From Octopus bimaculoides (lineage: Eukaryota), in NCBI RefSeq assembly GCF_001194135.2, contig NC_068991.1:30517063-30581062 (forward strand): DNA of 64,000 nt, in the 5' to 3' direction. The notes beneath the pieces were generated by a model. That model was not told where the DNA came from. It worked only from the letters and a program-made list of their open reading frames with translations, and searched no databases. Both the position numbers and the translations under genes were made by a program. Positions 41,000 to 53,000 of this stretch are shown here, piece after piece (the first letter of the stretch is position 1; each line of letters begins with the position of its first letter).

Positions 41000-42006
41000 G
41001 TATATCGGATACTATACTGTACAATACAGATATAATAATGTGTACTATCGAAGAATATAGCATAGTGAGCTATAGAATCATTTAACATAATAATATACAA
41101 TACAGATGTATAGCAGTTTTCTATACATTTGTAACAGTGGTATTATACAAATATATAAGTTAAAAGCGATATAAGAATATTTGTGTAATGACAGAGCAGT
41201 ATAGACGGAGAATAGTAACAAAAGCACACATTACAACTCTTTCGTTTTAATGAACATAAATTGTTATACCGGAAGATGGCAAATATGACACTGCAGGTTA
41301 CATACATCAACATATATACANNNNNNNNNNNNNNNNNNNNNNNNNNNNNNNNNNNNNNNNNNNNNNNNNNNNNNNNNNNNNNNNNNNNNNNNNNNNNNNN
41401 NNNNNNNNNNNNNNNNNNNNNNNNNNNNNNNNNNNNNNNNNNNNNNNNNNNNNNNNNNNNNNNNNNNNNNNNNNNNNNNNNNNNNNNNNNNNNNNNNNNN
41501 NNNNNNNNNNNNNNNNNNNNNNNNNNNNNNNNNNNNNNNNNNNNNNNNNNNNNNNNNNNNNNNNNNNNNNNNNNNNNNNNNNNNNNNNNNNNNNNNNNNN
41601 NNNNNNNNNNNNNNNNNNNNNNNNNNNNNNNNNNNNNNNNNNNNNNNNNNNNNNNNNNNGTATATATATTAGTGATATGTGTGTGAGTGTCCATCGAATT
41701 CCCACTACACGTCACTTTCAGTTCGCCCCTCTGAAAAGAATGAAAAGAAACTATAACAGTTTCTCTAAAATTCCTCTCTATTCTTCATCAAACTTTGCAA
41801 CATAATAAAAGACTACCGGTCCTGGATTGGTCAGTTACATCGCATTAGGTTCGGCAGGCACTCGCACACGCACCCACACACGCACACACACACACAACAC
41901 GCAAAGGCACACACGCACACACACTTACACATAAACACACGTGTGTGTGTATAGATCTATGCATGTACTCTCTTATCGCTTCCCCTCATTTTCTCAGTAT
42001 TTATAC

Positions 42007-42039
<33 letters not shown>

Positions 42040-42080
42040 ATACACACGCACAAAGTAGACGTGAAGAAAGAGGAGAGAAA

Positions 42081-43533
42081 GAATAGTGTAGCTGCTACTA
42101 CTGCTGCTACCGTTAAAACCTATCTTTCCTTGTTGCAAACTATGTGGAAATTAATTGCCATAGCAACAGTGTCAATCATCGAAACATAAGCCGGTGGTAG
42201 GCGTGGCTTTACATTTCCCGGCAGCTTCCTTTTTGCTGCACGCACTCACTCGTTTATCGCAATTTTAGAATATTAACGTCATGTAATAAACTGAATATTA
42301 TAGATGCATATTAATATACAAACATAGGCACATTCATCAATCTGTACATGCATATATATATATTCATATATATATATGTATATATATATTTCATTCTTTT
42401 TCATTTTATCTAGTTTCAGCTCGCGAGCTTTGGCCATGCTGGGGCACCGCCATTCGGTGTTGCTACATAATATTACTTCACGAATGCTTTTCAGGAATTG
42501 GCATTTCGTGCATGAGAGAGAGATATTTATTCACATATATATATATGTGTGTGTGTGTGTATGTATTTATTTATATATATATATATATATATNNNNNNNN
42601 NNNNNNNNNNNNNNNNNNNNNNNNNNNNNNNNNNNNNNNNNNNNNNNNNNNNNNNNNNNNNNNNNNNNNNNNNNNNNNNNNNNNNNNNNNNNNNNNNNNN
42701 NNNNNNNNNNNNNNNNNNNNNNNNNNNNNNNNNNNNNNNNNNNNNNNNNNNNNNNNNNNNNNNNNNNNNNNNNNNNNNNNNNNNNNNNNNNNNNNNNNNN
42801 NNNNNNNNNNNNNNNNNNNNNNNNNNNNNNNNNNNNNNNNNNNNNNNNNNNNNNNNNNNNNNNNNNNNNNNNNNNNNNNNNNNNNNNNNNNNNNNNNNNN
42901 NNNNNNNNNNNNNNNNNNNNNNNNNNNNNNNNNNNNNNNNNNNNNNNNNNNNNNNNNNNNNNNNNNNNNNNNNNNNNNNNNNNNNNNNNNNNNNNNNNNN
43001 NNNNNNNNNNNNNNNNNNNNNNNNNNNNNNNNNNNNNNNNNNNNNNNNNNNNNNNNNNNNNNNNNNNNNNNNNNNNNNNNNNNNNNNNNNNNNNNNNNNN
43101 NNNNNNNNNNNNNNNNNNNNNNNNNNNNNNNNNNNNNNNNNNNNNNNNNNNNNNNNNNNNNNNNNNNNNNNNNNNNNNNNNNNNNNNNNNNNNNNNNNNN
43201 NNNNNNNNNNNNNNNNNNNNNNNNNNNNNNNNNNNNNNNNNNNNNNNNNNNNNNNNNNNNNNNNNNNNNNNNNNNNNNNNNNNNNNNNNNNNNNNNNNNN
43301 NNNNNNNNNNNNNNNNNNNNNNNNNNNNNNNNNNNNNNNNNNNNNNNNNNNNNNNNNNNNNNNNNNNNNNNNNNNNNNNNNNNNNNNNNNNNNNNNNNNN
43401 NNNNNNNNNNNNNNNNNNNNNNNNNNNNNNNNNNNNNNNNNNNNNNNNNNNNNNNNNNNNNNNNNNNNNNNNNNNNNNNNNTATATATATATATACATAC
43501 ATACATACATACATACATACATACATACATACA

Positions 43534-43566
<33 letters not shown>

Positions 43567-44087
43567 TCTTATTCTCTTTTTGTCTTCTGCAATTTTATTT
43601 TGGGATTTCCTATATATATATATATGTGAAGAATTTTCCTCCGTCTGGCTGTTTTTCTCTCTACAAAACGGAAGTTGCATTATGGAACAGTCATTTTAAC
43701 GAGCATTTTAATTCATTTATCACCCGACGAGATACGACTGCAGCACTGGATACTCCTGAACCAGTTATTGTGTGGCCCACAAGAGGAGTCGATGTAAGAT
43801 GCGTCGAAACAATTGTTGTGATTAATAATATATGCTCGTATGTTCCATCTTCTGTCTTTTATTTGTTATTTACCTGATAATCACTCCTAAAGTGACCGTG
43901 CTTTACCAGTAAGCTACCAGGTGTAGACCATTCGATTCATTATCCATTATTCATATATGTATATATATATATGAAACCGGCTTAGGTTTCGATGATTGAC
44001 ACTGTTACTATGGCAATTAATTTCCACATAGTTTGCAACAAGGGATGACAGGTTTTAACAGTAGCAGTAATAGCAGCTACACTATTC
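42081..44087. repeat. Inverted repeat pair: 42081-42195 and 43976-44087
   Basis: The arms align with about 7 substitutions and one 3-nt indel. The 65-nt inner core differs at only 2 positions. Flanks are unrelated. Confidence 0.92.
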
Positions 44088-44844
44088 ATACATACATACA
44101 TACATACATATACATACATACATACACACATATATATATACATATATATATATATGAATATATATTCATATATATANNNNNNNNNNNNNNNNNNNNNNNN
44201 NNNNNNNNNNNNNNNNNNNNNNNNNNNNNNNNNNNNNNNNNNNNNNNNNNNNNNNNNNNNNNNNNNNNNNNNNNNNNNNNNNNNNNNNNNNNNNNNNNNN
44301 NNNNNNNNNNNNNNNNNNNNNNNNNNNNNNNNNNNNNNNNNNNNNNNNNNNNNNNNNNNNNNNNNNNNNNNNNNNNNNNNNNNNNNNNNNNNNNNNNNNN
44401 NNNNNNNNNNNNNNNNNNNNNNNNNNNNNNNNNNNNNNNNNNNNNNNNNNNNNNNNNNNNNNNNNNNNNNNNNNNNNNNNNNNNNNNNNNNNNNNNNNNN
44501 NNNNNNNNNNNNNNNNNNNNNNNNNNNNNNNNNNNNNNNNNNNNNNNNNNNNNNNNNNNNNNNNNNNNNNNNNNNNNNNNNNNNNNNNNNNNNNNNNNNN
44601 NNNNNNNNNNNNNNNNNNNNNTATATATATATATATATATTCATATAAATGTAGGGCTTGGAAATTTTAATTATAGAAATTGAGTAGCTTTGTAAATATT
44701 TAAACGATGTTGGAATGTTATTAACTGGCAGATAAGAAGTGTATATATGCATATACAGGCACACAAATTTATTAATACATATATACATACATACATGCAC
44801 ATACACACACATACATACATCCATACATAAATACATACATTTGG

Positions 44845-44965
44845 TGGTGGTGGATCATCGTCGTTCGAAAGTGAAGATTCAGTTGTTCAGTCAATTCAAT
44901 TACCTGTTCCTACATTAACTTTAAGTGGCCGAGTACTCCACAAATACATGTTCCCTTAACATAAT
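44845..44965 (-). mobile_element. SINE family C 3' fragment
   Basis: The reverse complement (gttaagggaacatgtatttgtggagtactcggccactt...) aligns by eye to about 262-370. Confidence 0.6.
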
Positions 44966-45532
44966 GCTCTAATGCAGTAGATGATAACTCCAAAGAATGT
45001 CTAATATGCCTTACGCCCACGGTGTAGCAGTCCACTAACCATTCGCTCATCGCTACGGCCACCACATCAAACCAGTTGCAGATGTAACCATTTAAACCAT
45101 GCAGCTACCATTTTGTTTTACCACGCTCTGAAGATTTTGCTCTCAAATTCCTTTTTCTTTCACATTTCTCTGTTATATCCATCATAAAATACTTAATCTT
45201 TTCCTGTCTATTTCACAAATACTGCTTTTCTCCCCTTGCCAATTCCAGAGTCAGCTAAACAGGATCTCCACAGTAGTCCACATGATCCCACCTCTCCAAG
45301 AACTGCAGTAAATTGCCATCTTCATGCTTCACACCTTACGCAGGCACCTTCTTTTATTCTCTTCATTGCCTTTGCTAACCCCATATTACCTTCTCCCTTC
45401 TTCTCTTTCTTTCTCTCTTAAATATATACCTTTGCGTAAGTGCCTGTGTGTGTATATACATGTACATTACTTGGTATTGCTGATCAATTCGTAAAACACA
45501 AGAAAATATTTATAGGCGGTGAAACTCTAAAC

Positions 45533-46277
45533 CAGTCATTTTCAACCATTCTTTTTCTTTTTTTTTTTTTTGTCTATGGACCACTTTGGTTACTATTTTA
45601 TTCTGGTCGACCCCCATAGCCATTCGATGTTTCAACACCAATTTTATAGATACTTCTCTCAAAATTACTATTTTGTTCACCAAACATTAACTTGGGTAGG
45701 ATGAATTCTGTAAGAACTGTGAAAGAAACCGAGCTCTTCCTGGCAATATCTTCGGTACTTCTGGCTATCTTACCCCCATTAAAAAATTGGGTCATCTCTA
45801 TGGGAAATATCGGTACTTTTGGTTATCTCCCTCAACTAAAAAAATTGTTTAACCCACAATAAAAGAAAAAAGAACAAATTGAAAAAAATTAATAAACATA
45901 AAAAGTGAAAAGATGAAACATCTTATTGAATATTTTTATAATAAATCATACAAAACTGAAAAAAATTATAAACGTGAAAACTGAAAAACTTAAACATTGA
46001 ATTTGATAACATTTTTATAACAAACCATACCATTCCTATTGAGGAGGCCAAACGTCAACAATGTGTTGAAATATTGAATCAAAAGGATCTAACTCTTTTA
46101 ATGGCAATTTTTTAATGGAAATTTTTTAATGTGGGTGAGATAACCAAAAAGCACCAAATTTTCTAATAGACCCTTAAAATAATATTGTGGACCCAATTTA
46201 CTATTTTGCTTTGGTGGACACCCAAAGATCTTGTATAGAGCCTCAGGCGTCATATGAACCCTGGTTGAGAACCACTG
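45533..46277 (+). mobile_element. Non-autonomous hAT (Charlie-like) element
   Basis: Right TIR ggttgagaaccactg, degenerate left TIR cagtcattttcaacc, and 8-bp flanks ctctaaac / ccttaaac (6/8 match, TSD-like). Sub-terminal regions are shared with 49234-49409. Confidence 0.72.
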
Positions 46278-46645
46278 CCTTAAACATTTAGTAAAGTAAT
46301 TGAGTTGACTGGGATTTCAAGTATCGCCATTAACGATTGCTTATAGAGAAAACTTGAAATAACTATCAAATCAATAAGTGTGACTGTATTATATTATATC
46401 ACACATATAATACTGTAGCTCATATAGTATAGATATTGATTTAATTTATTTCTTAAACTGCTCAACGGGCTGATTATTCGAAAATGATATACATTTTTCA
46501 TATGACACTCCAATTTTAATTTCTTATGAACAATCCAGAAATAATTATAATTATAGATCAAAGTATAAAAGCAGACAACAAATTTGAAGTCAATTTGATA
46601 AATAATCTCAGCCTTTGAGTCACTTTGTTACTTTTGCTGATTAAT

Positions 46646-46683
<38 letters not shown>

Positions 46684-47259
46684 CGCGGCTGGGTGTCGAA
46701 GGCACAGCTTATAAACATTGTAGACGGTATTAAATATGAGATTAGTAACAATGTTGTAGAATGTATAAAACTGTTAACTGACAGATTTAAGATCGATTCT
46801 GTCACTTTAATTATAAATAGATTTTTTTACGTAAGTAGGATTGTGTGGGAGAGAAGAGATTGTCTAGAAGTAAGAGAGAGAGAGAGAAAGAAAGAGAGAA
46901 AGAGAAAGGGAGAGAGAGAGAGAGAAACAGTGTGTGTGAGTATGAGAGTGCGTGTGTGAGAGGGAGACTCACTTTATGCAAAAGAGAGAATGACTGTGAG
47001 CGAAAGACGATGCTAGTATGAGTGTATGTGTGTTTGTGTCTGTGTGTGTGTGTGTGTGTGTGCGTGCGTGTATGGACGTGCGAATCCTTGCCCTTGCGCA
47101 TTTCTTATTGTACGTCTATGAGTATGTGTGCATGAGTGTTGCGTGAGTTTGTGTTTATGTGTAACCTCCTTAGTAATCATTCTAAAGTAAACACAACGAA
47201 CATGATGTTCCATTAACTGACATCTTCTAATAAGCAACTTTTAACAACGGTGTTTCAAC

Positions 47260-47322
<63 letters not shown>

Positions 47323-47485
47323 AGGTAATAGTCATGCTGATGCTGATGGCGACAACCGTAGCATGCAGCGATTCGTCCATACAGCTGGTAAGATTGTTAA
47401 AACTATGGCGCTCTTGTTTTAAAGCTAAACGCTTCTTCTTCATCATCGTCACTATTATTATTGTTATCATCATCATTATTACTAA

Positions 47486-47551
<66 letters not shown>

Positions 47552-47910
47552 GGGGGGCATCCATCTTGATTATGAAAGCAGCTGTTGATTCAGCCGAAAC
47601 GGCAGTGATTAGTGGTGGCAGCACCGTCAGCACTACTTTTACTACTACTACTACTACCACCACCACCACCAACACCACCACCAACACCACCACCAACACC
47701 ACCAAACGCCGCCATCAGTAGTGGTAGTAAACATGATAGCTGGTAAATAACTTTACGGTAATCATTGTTGTTAGATGTGTATATACACTCACATATATTC
47801 ACACACACAAACAAACAAGCACACACATGCACAGAGCCTAAAGACCGCACACATGCAAGTGACAATCAAGAGACAACAAAAACTACCACTATATATACGT
47901 ACATACATAC

Positions 47911-47956
<46 letters not shown>

Positions 47957-48151
47957 NNNNNNNNNNNNNNNNNNNNNNNNNNNNNNNNNNNNNNNNNNNN
48001 NNNNNNNNNNNNNNNNNNNNNNNNNNNNNNNNNNNNNNNNNNNNNNNNNNNNNNNNNNNNNNNNNNNNNNNNNNNNNNNNNNNNNNNNNNNNNNNNNNNN
48101 NNNNNNNNNNNNNNNNNNNNNNNNNNNNNNNNNNNNNNNNNNNNNNNNNNN

Positions 48152-48552
48152 TACTCTTTTAATTGTTTCAGTCATTTAACTGTGGCCATGCTGGAGCACT
48201 GCCTTTAGTCGAGCGAATCGACCCCAGGACTTATTCTTTGTAAGTCTAGTACTTATTCTATCGGTCTCTTTTGCCAAACCGCTAAGTTACGGGGACGTAG
48301 ACACATCAGCATGGGTTGTCAAGCGATGTTGGGGGGACAAACACAGACACAAAAACATACACACACACACACACATATACATATATACGATGGGCTTCTT
48401 TCAGTTTCCGTCTACCAAATCCACTCACAAGGCTTTGGTGGGCCAGAGGCTATAGTAGAAGACACTTGCGAAAGGTGCCACGTAGTGGGACTGAACCCGG
48501 AACCATGTGGCTCGTAAGCAAGCTACTTACCACACAGCCACTCCTGCGCCTA
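48152..48552 (-). mobile_element. tRNA-derived SINE family B (CORE-like motif), about 400 bp with internal microsatellite
   Basis: Head aggcgcaggagtggctgtgtggtaag, B-box GGTTCAGTCCC, CORE-like gcacctttcgcaagtgtcttctactatagcc, tail cctggggtcgattcgctcgactaaaggcagtgctccagcatggcc. Confidence 0.88.
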
Positions 48553-48624
48553 TATATATATAATATATAATATATATATGCATATTTACATATTTACATA
48601 CATATGTATATACACATGCATGTA

Positions 48625-49040
48625 TGGGTACAGGACGTCAAAAAATCGGAACAAAATGAGAAACGAGAACATAAACACGAAAATATGGAAAACGAACTTT
48701 TTTTCGAACAACGAAAGAAACAAATAGAGAAACGAGACAGGCAACATAAAGAACATTCCCTTCATCAGTTGTCCCCTGTTTTATCTACTCCGCGTTTCGA
48801 ACATAGGGACATCTATATTCACCATGATAGATCGCTAGCCACTACACATTCTTTATTTTCTCTCCTTGTTTATTTCTGTCTTCCTTTCTGTGGAAGAGCG
48901 TAGGCTCGAAACGTTAAAGACNNNNNNNNNNCTTTCTGTGGAAGAGCGTAGGCTCGAAACGTTAAAGACTTTTTCACTTCCCGAGCGTTAAACTAATACA
49001 TCTGTTTGTTGTCTACAACACCTGTCTTCATCTTTTTTTT
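48625..49040. mobile_element. Penelope/retrozyme-like fragment with hammerhead-like motifs
   Basis: Plus strand: CTTT-CTGTGGAA-GAGC(GTAG)GCTC-GAA-ACGT-T-AAAG (48884-48919). Minus strand: GAAAC (48798-48794) and CTGATGAAGGG (from 48768). The minus part is homologous to 30507-30625. Confidence 0.55.
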
Positions 49041-49233
49041 TTAGGTTACAAATACAAGCGAAAGAACAAAAGCATCCACCACTAAGATATTTGTAATAAC
49101 AGTTTGTGACAAAAATCCGCATTACTTGAATATTTTCGTTCAAACATGTGCAAACCTAAGTCACAAGCTATTTACACGCACATATTGAGACAGTGTTGCT
49201 GTTTAGCCTCAGATTAGCAATTTTCGAGTAGAG

Positions 49234-49409
49234 CAGGGGTTCTCAACCATTTTTTACCTATGGACCCCTTTGACTACTACCTTATTCTGGTTGGCACCTC
49301 CATAGCCATTCAATATATAAAAACTAGCTCTATAGCTACTTCTTTTAAAATTCTATTTTGTTGCGTGGACCCCACAAAATCTTATATGGACCCCGGATGA
49401 AAATCTCTG
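49234..49409 (+). mobile_element. Short hAT MITE related to 45533-46277
   Basis: Left TIR CAGGGGTTCTCAACC, degenerate right TIR ggatgaaaatctctg, flanks gagtagag / gattagtc, and shared tatggacc..ttattctggt..ccatagccattc. Confidence 0.7.
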
Positions 49410-49471
49410 GATTAGTCTTATGGTCAATGATGTTCCTGCCATGACTATCACAGCTTTAATTATTACAATAT

Positions 49472-49508
<37 letters not shown>

Positions 49509-49881
49509 ATTCTCTCCAAAGGTTGTTGGACGTGATTTGGGGTCATGTGACTCCCACATAGATGTCACATCCTCCTTGTTGCTATTGTATTATCAAAAGC
49601 TTTCATCTGTGACCATTCTGTGAAAATAGTTCACTAGTGTGAATATATTTTACATTGTGCTCATAAGCTACCTCATTGGAAGTAATTATACAGTGAGGGA
49701 AAGACAATGTTAAATCAAAAACTATTTCTGCAAGTAAGAGAGGCAACTCCGAAAATATTTCTGTCTTCTTAAACTGTCTCAATAAAGAATTCATCGCACT
49801 TATGCTATAGGAGTCACTAATTCCAAACAAAAGACGGTAGGGTAAGGAGATTTAACTATTATTTCTTGTAGATAACAAGAT

Positions 49882-50056
49882 CTGTTATGGGCAAATTGCA
49901 GCCCGCAGGATTTTCTGAATGGCGCGCCAACGGAAAATTACCTGAAATCTTTTACTGTTGCTGGCCGCTTGATGATGAGCTTTGTCTCGTGCGGCACTCC
50001 TCTACGATGTACCATGTCTCATGAGGCCTGCTTCTCAGAAGAGGTTGCCCTGCCTC
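49882..50056 (+). mobile_element. Possible decayed hAT-type MITE
   Basis: Begins tgggcaaattgcagcccgcagg and ends gaggttgccctgcc, resembling hAT MITE ends with GCGGCCCGC sub-terminal motifs. Confidence 0.4.
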
Positions 50057-53000
50057 AGATAGATTCTCCCGTGTGCGTGATAATTAACCCCAGGCCAGTC
50101 CTGATAGTCCAATCCAACTAGCACTATCTGATGTTTTCTACATCGACATTATCTCATATATATCCTTCCATTTTTATGTATGTGATTATCGATAGGAGGA
50201 AGAAAAGCAGTAACTGAAATCCCTTTTTTCTTGCTTTTTTATGGCTTCCGTATTGAGGGATGAAATCGGAAGATAGGACAGCTAGCCTAAATACTTGCAA
50301 ATGATAAAAGTATCGTAGATCCATGTGGTGGTGTTAAACCGAGTGATAGACTAACTCTACCCACCTATAAGCAGGACTACAATCCCACCATGACCTTCAC
50401 ACACTTTTCATCGTAGTAATTTCTCTTGGCTGACTTTAGTTGACTCAAAGTTATTGGAGAAGATATTTGCCTAAATTGCTGTGGCGTGCGTTTGAACTCG
50501 AAAACTTGTAGATGTGTAACACAACCACACAAATAAAAGTAATATTTGGGTGCTATTATTTGCAGGTCAAGCGTTGAGAGGGCGTTCAGCTATATTGTGA
50601 TAGTGGCAGTAGTATTAATAGAATGCATATATAATGATTGATGTATGATATAGATAGTTGTATGTGTATACAATCGTATATGCGTATACAATGACAGAAG
50701 TGTGTAGTTAGTAAACTATGTATATATATATANNNNNNNNNNNNNNNNNNNNNNNNNNNNNNNNNNNNNNNNNNNNNNNNNNNNNNNNNNNNNNNNNNNN
50801 NNNNNNNNNNNNNNNNNNNNNNNNNNNNNNNNNNNNNNNNNNNNNNNNNNNNNNNNNNNNNNNNNNNNNNNNNNNNNNNNNNNNNNNNNNNNNNNNNNNN
50901 NNNNNNNNNNNNNNNNNNNNNNNNNNNNNNNNNNNNNNNNNNNNNNNNNNNNNNNNNNNNNNNNNNNNNNNNNNNNNNNNNNNNNNNNNNNNNNNNNNNN
51001 NNNNNNNNNNNNNNNNNNNNNNNNNNNNNNNNNNNNNNNNNNNNNNNNNNNNNNNNNNNNNNNNNNNNNNNNNNNNNNNNNNNNNNNNNNNNNNNNNNNN
51101 NNNNATATATATGAATGTATATACGTATGTATGCATGTATGATGATAGATGTATTTACATAGCCACCTCCTGTATATAGATAGCTATCACACACAAAGAC
51201 CTAGCTGTAGCTGTGTATTCCTATATATGTATGCTATTTTCTTTGAGCATTATTTAAGTTATTCTAAAAGAGTTCAAGCCGGCCGCTAACAAAACGACAA
51301 GAGTTTCTGAGTTAAGAGGGCTCCTGGTGTTTGTAAATATGTGGTTTAGTCGGTGTGTTAGTTGACCTGTGTGCATTTATTCACATAAGAATCTCAGATA
51401 GAGAATCTTTGGAATGTCTTGCAAATCGTCACTGTGCCTGGATTTGGAGAAAGCATGTCAGTTTCTTTTGGTTTTTCTTCGAGAAAACGAAGTATTTCTC
51501 GGTTTTTGTTTACACTTATAGGTATATAGCCTAATGTGCCTAGGATGATATGTACAAATGAAAATTAATGGTCAGAGGACAAGAGCTGTAAGTTCCACAT
51601 TAATTCACCATAAATGTTCTGTATTTCCTGAAGTTTTGATGGGACATTTACGTCCGCTGGGCAGCTGACTTCTATGCCTTACGCTGTGTACCTACAAATT
51701 TACACGAAAATCTAGAAATACCAAGTTTTTCGAAGAAAGAGCAAAAGAAGGTAATGTATGTATATATGCATGTATATATATACATGTATGTATGCTTGCA
51801 TGTATGGTAATGTCCTCAAAGAACCATTGCAACCAGCGAGGACCCAAGCAAAGAAAGACAGATCCATGATTACCTTCATTACTAAATGTAAGTTCCCTTC
51901 GGAATTTCTGAAGCGCTTACAGAAAGGGTAGACCCTATCTACTTCAGTCCTTTAAATTGGTTCATACAGTGTTTTTATCCGTAGCCACCGGATTGAGAAA
52001 AGCTGTTTGTCCTCGTCGTTACTATTACACCTAGTGAAGGTATTTTTGATCAACATGGTCGATGACCGGATCTGTCCTACAACAGCATCAACTGTTCCAC
52101 AAGACTCTACAAATCTGCAATACTGGAACACTGAAAGAGTTCACCTGTCGAAGTACATCTCAACCAGGCCCAGTTAACTGCACTTCAGCACCTGTAGATT
52201 TCATCTCAAACTAGTTTTGTTTCCCTTATAACATTGCCATGACAAAGATTTCTGGAAGTTATCAAAGATCTTTGAGTCGCAAACCCAGTGAAACAGACCA
52301 TCCAGTTGGTTCTCGAAGAGTTTCCAAAATGTCATTACTTTACTCTACCGCAGGTCCTCCATAGTGTATAACATGAATGCTTTGCAGGCGACATTGCTCA
52401 ACTGGCCGGTGCTGTGACTGCCCGACGACATTCAACAAACCAATCGATAAAAAGGAGAGAAATGAAAGAGAACTTTTGGTGGGCTTGAAATTAGGAACGT
52501 AAATGGATGGAACCAAATACTGCAATATTTTCAACTCGACAGAGAATTAAGATTAGCAACAATAGTAAGGACAACAACGTCAGAAGGAGCAACAGTAGCA
52601 GCAGCACCATCATCATAGTCATAATCATTATTATCATCACCGTCATCACCAGTATCACTGCCTTCGTCGTTACTATTATCATCACCGTCACTACTTTCGC
52701 CATCAACACCATCTCACCACCACCATCATTACAATCACCATCGATATAATCACTGCCGATAACACCGGCATCCTCATCACAACCACCACCATCACTGTTT
52801 CCACCACAACCGCCGCCGCCATCAATACCACAGCTAGCACCACCACCGCCACCGCCATCATCAGCGAGTATCACTCTAATGATAAAGGCAAGTCTATATT
52901 TTGAGACATTAGTGTTGAAACTCATTTCCAGTGAAGAACGCCAGAGCTATCAGGTTACAGAACGAGTTACCAAAATAGCTAAAGCAATAATTAAACGGAA

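Noticed and set aside
48884-48969. Exact 38-bp tandem duplication of the hammerhead-like motif
   Set aside because: The copies flank a 10-N spacer and the second starts exactly at the contig edge. This is most likely an unmerged contig overlap rather than a true dimer, though long reads should check it.
51840-52330. Possible helicase/TE coding relic (HLNQAQLTAL)
   Set aside because: No supporting Walker or other motifs, and multiple stops. Identity unresolved.
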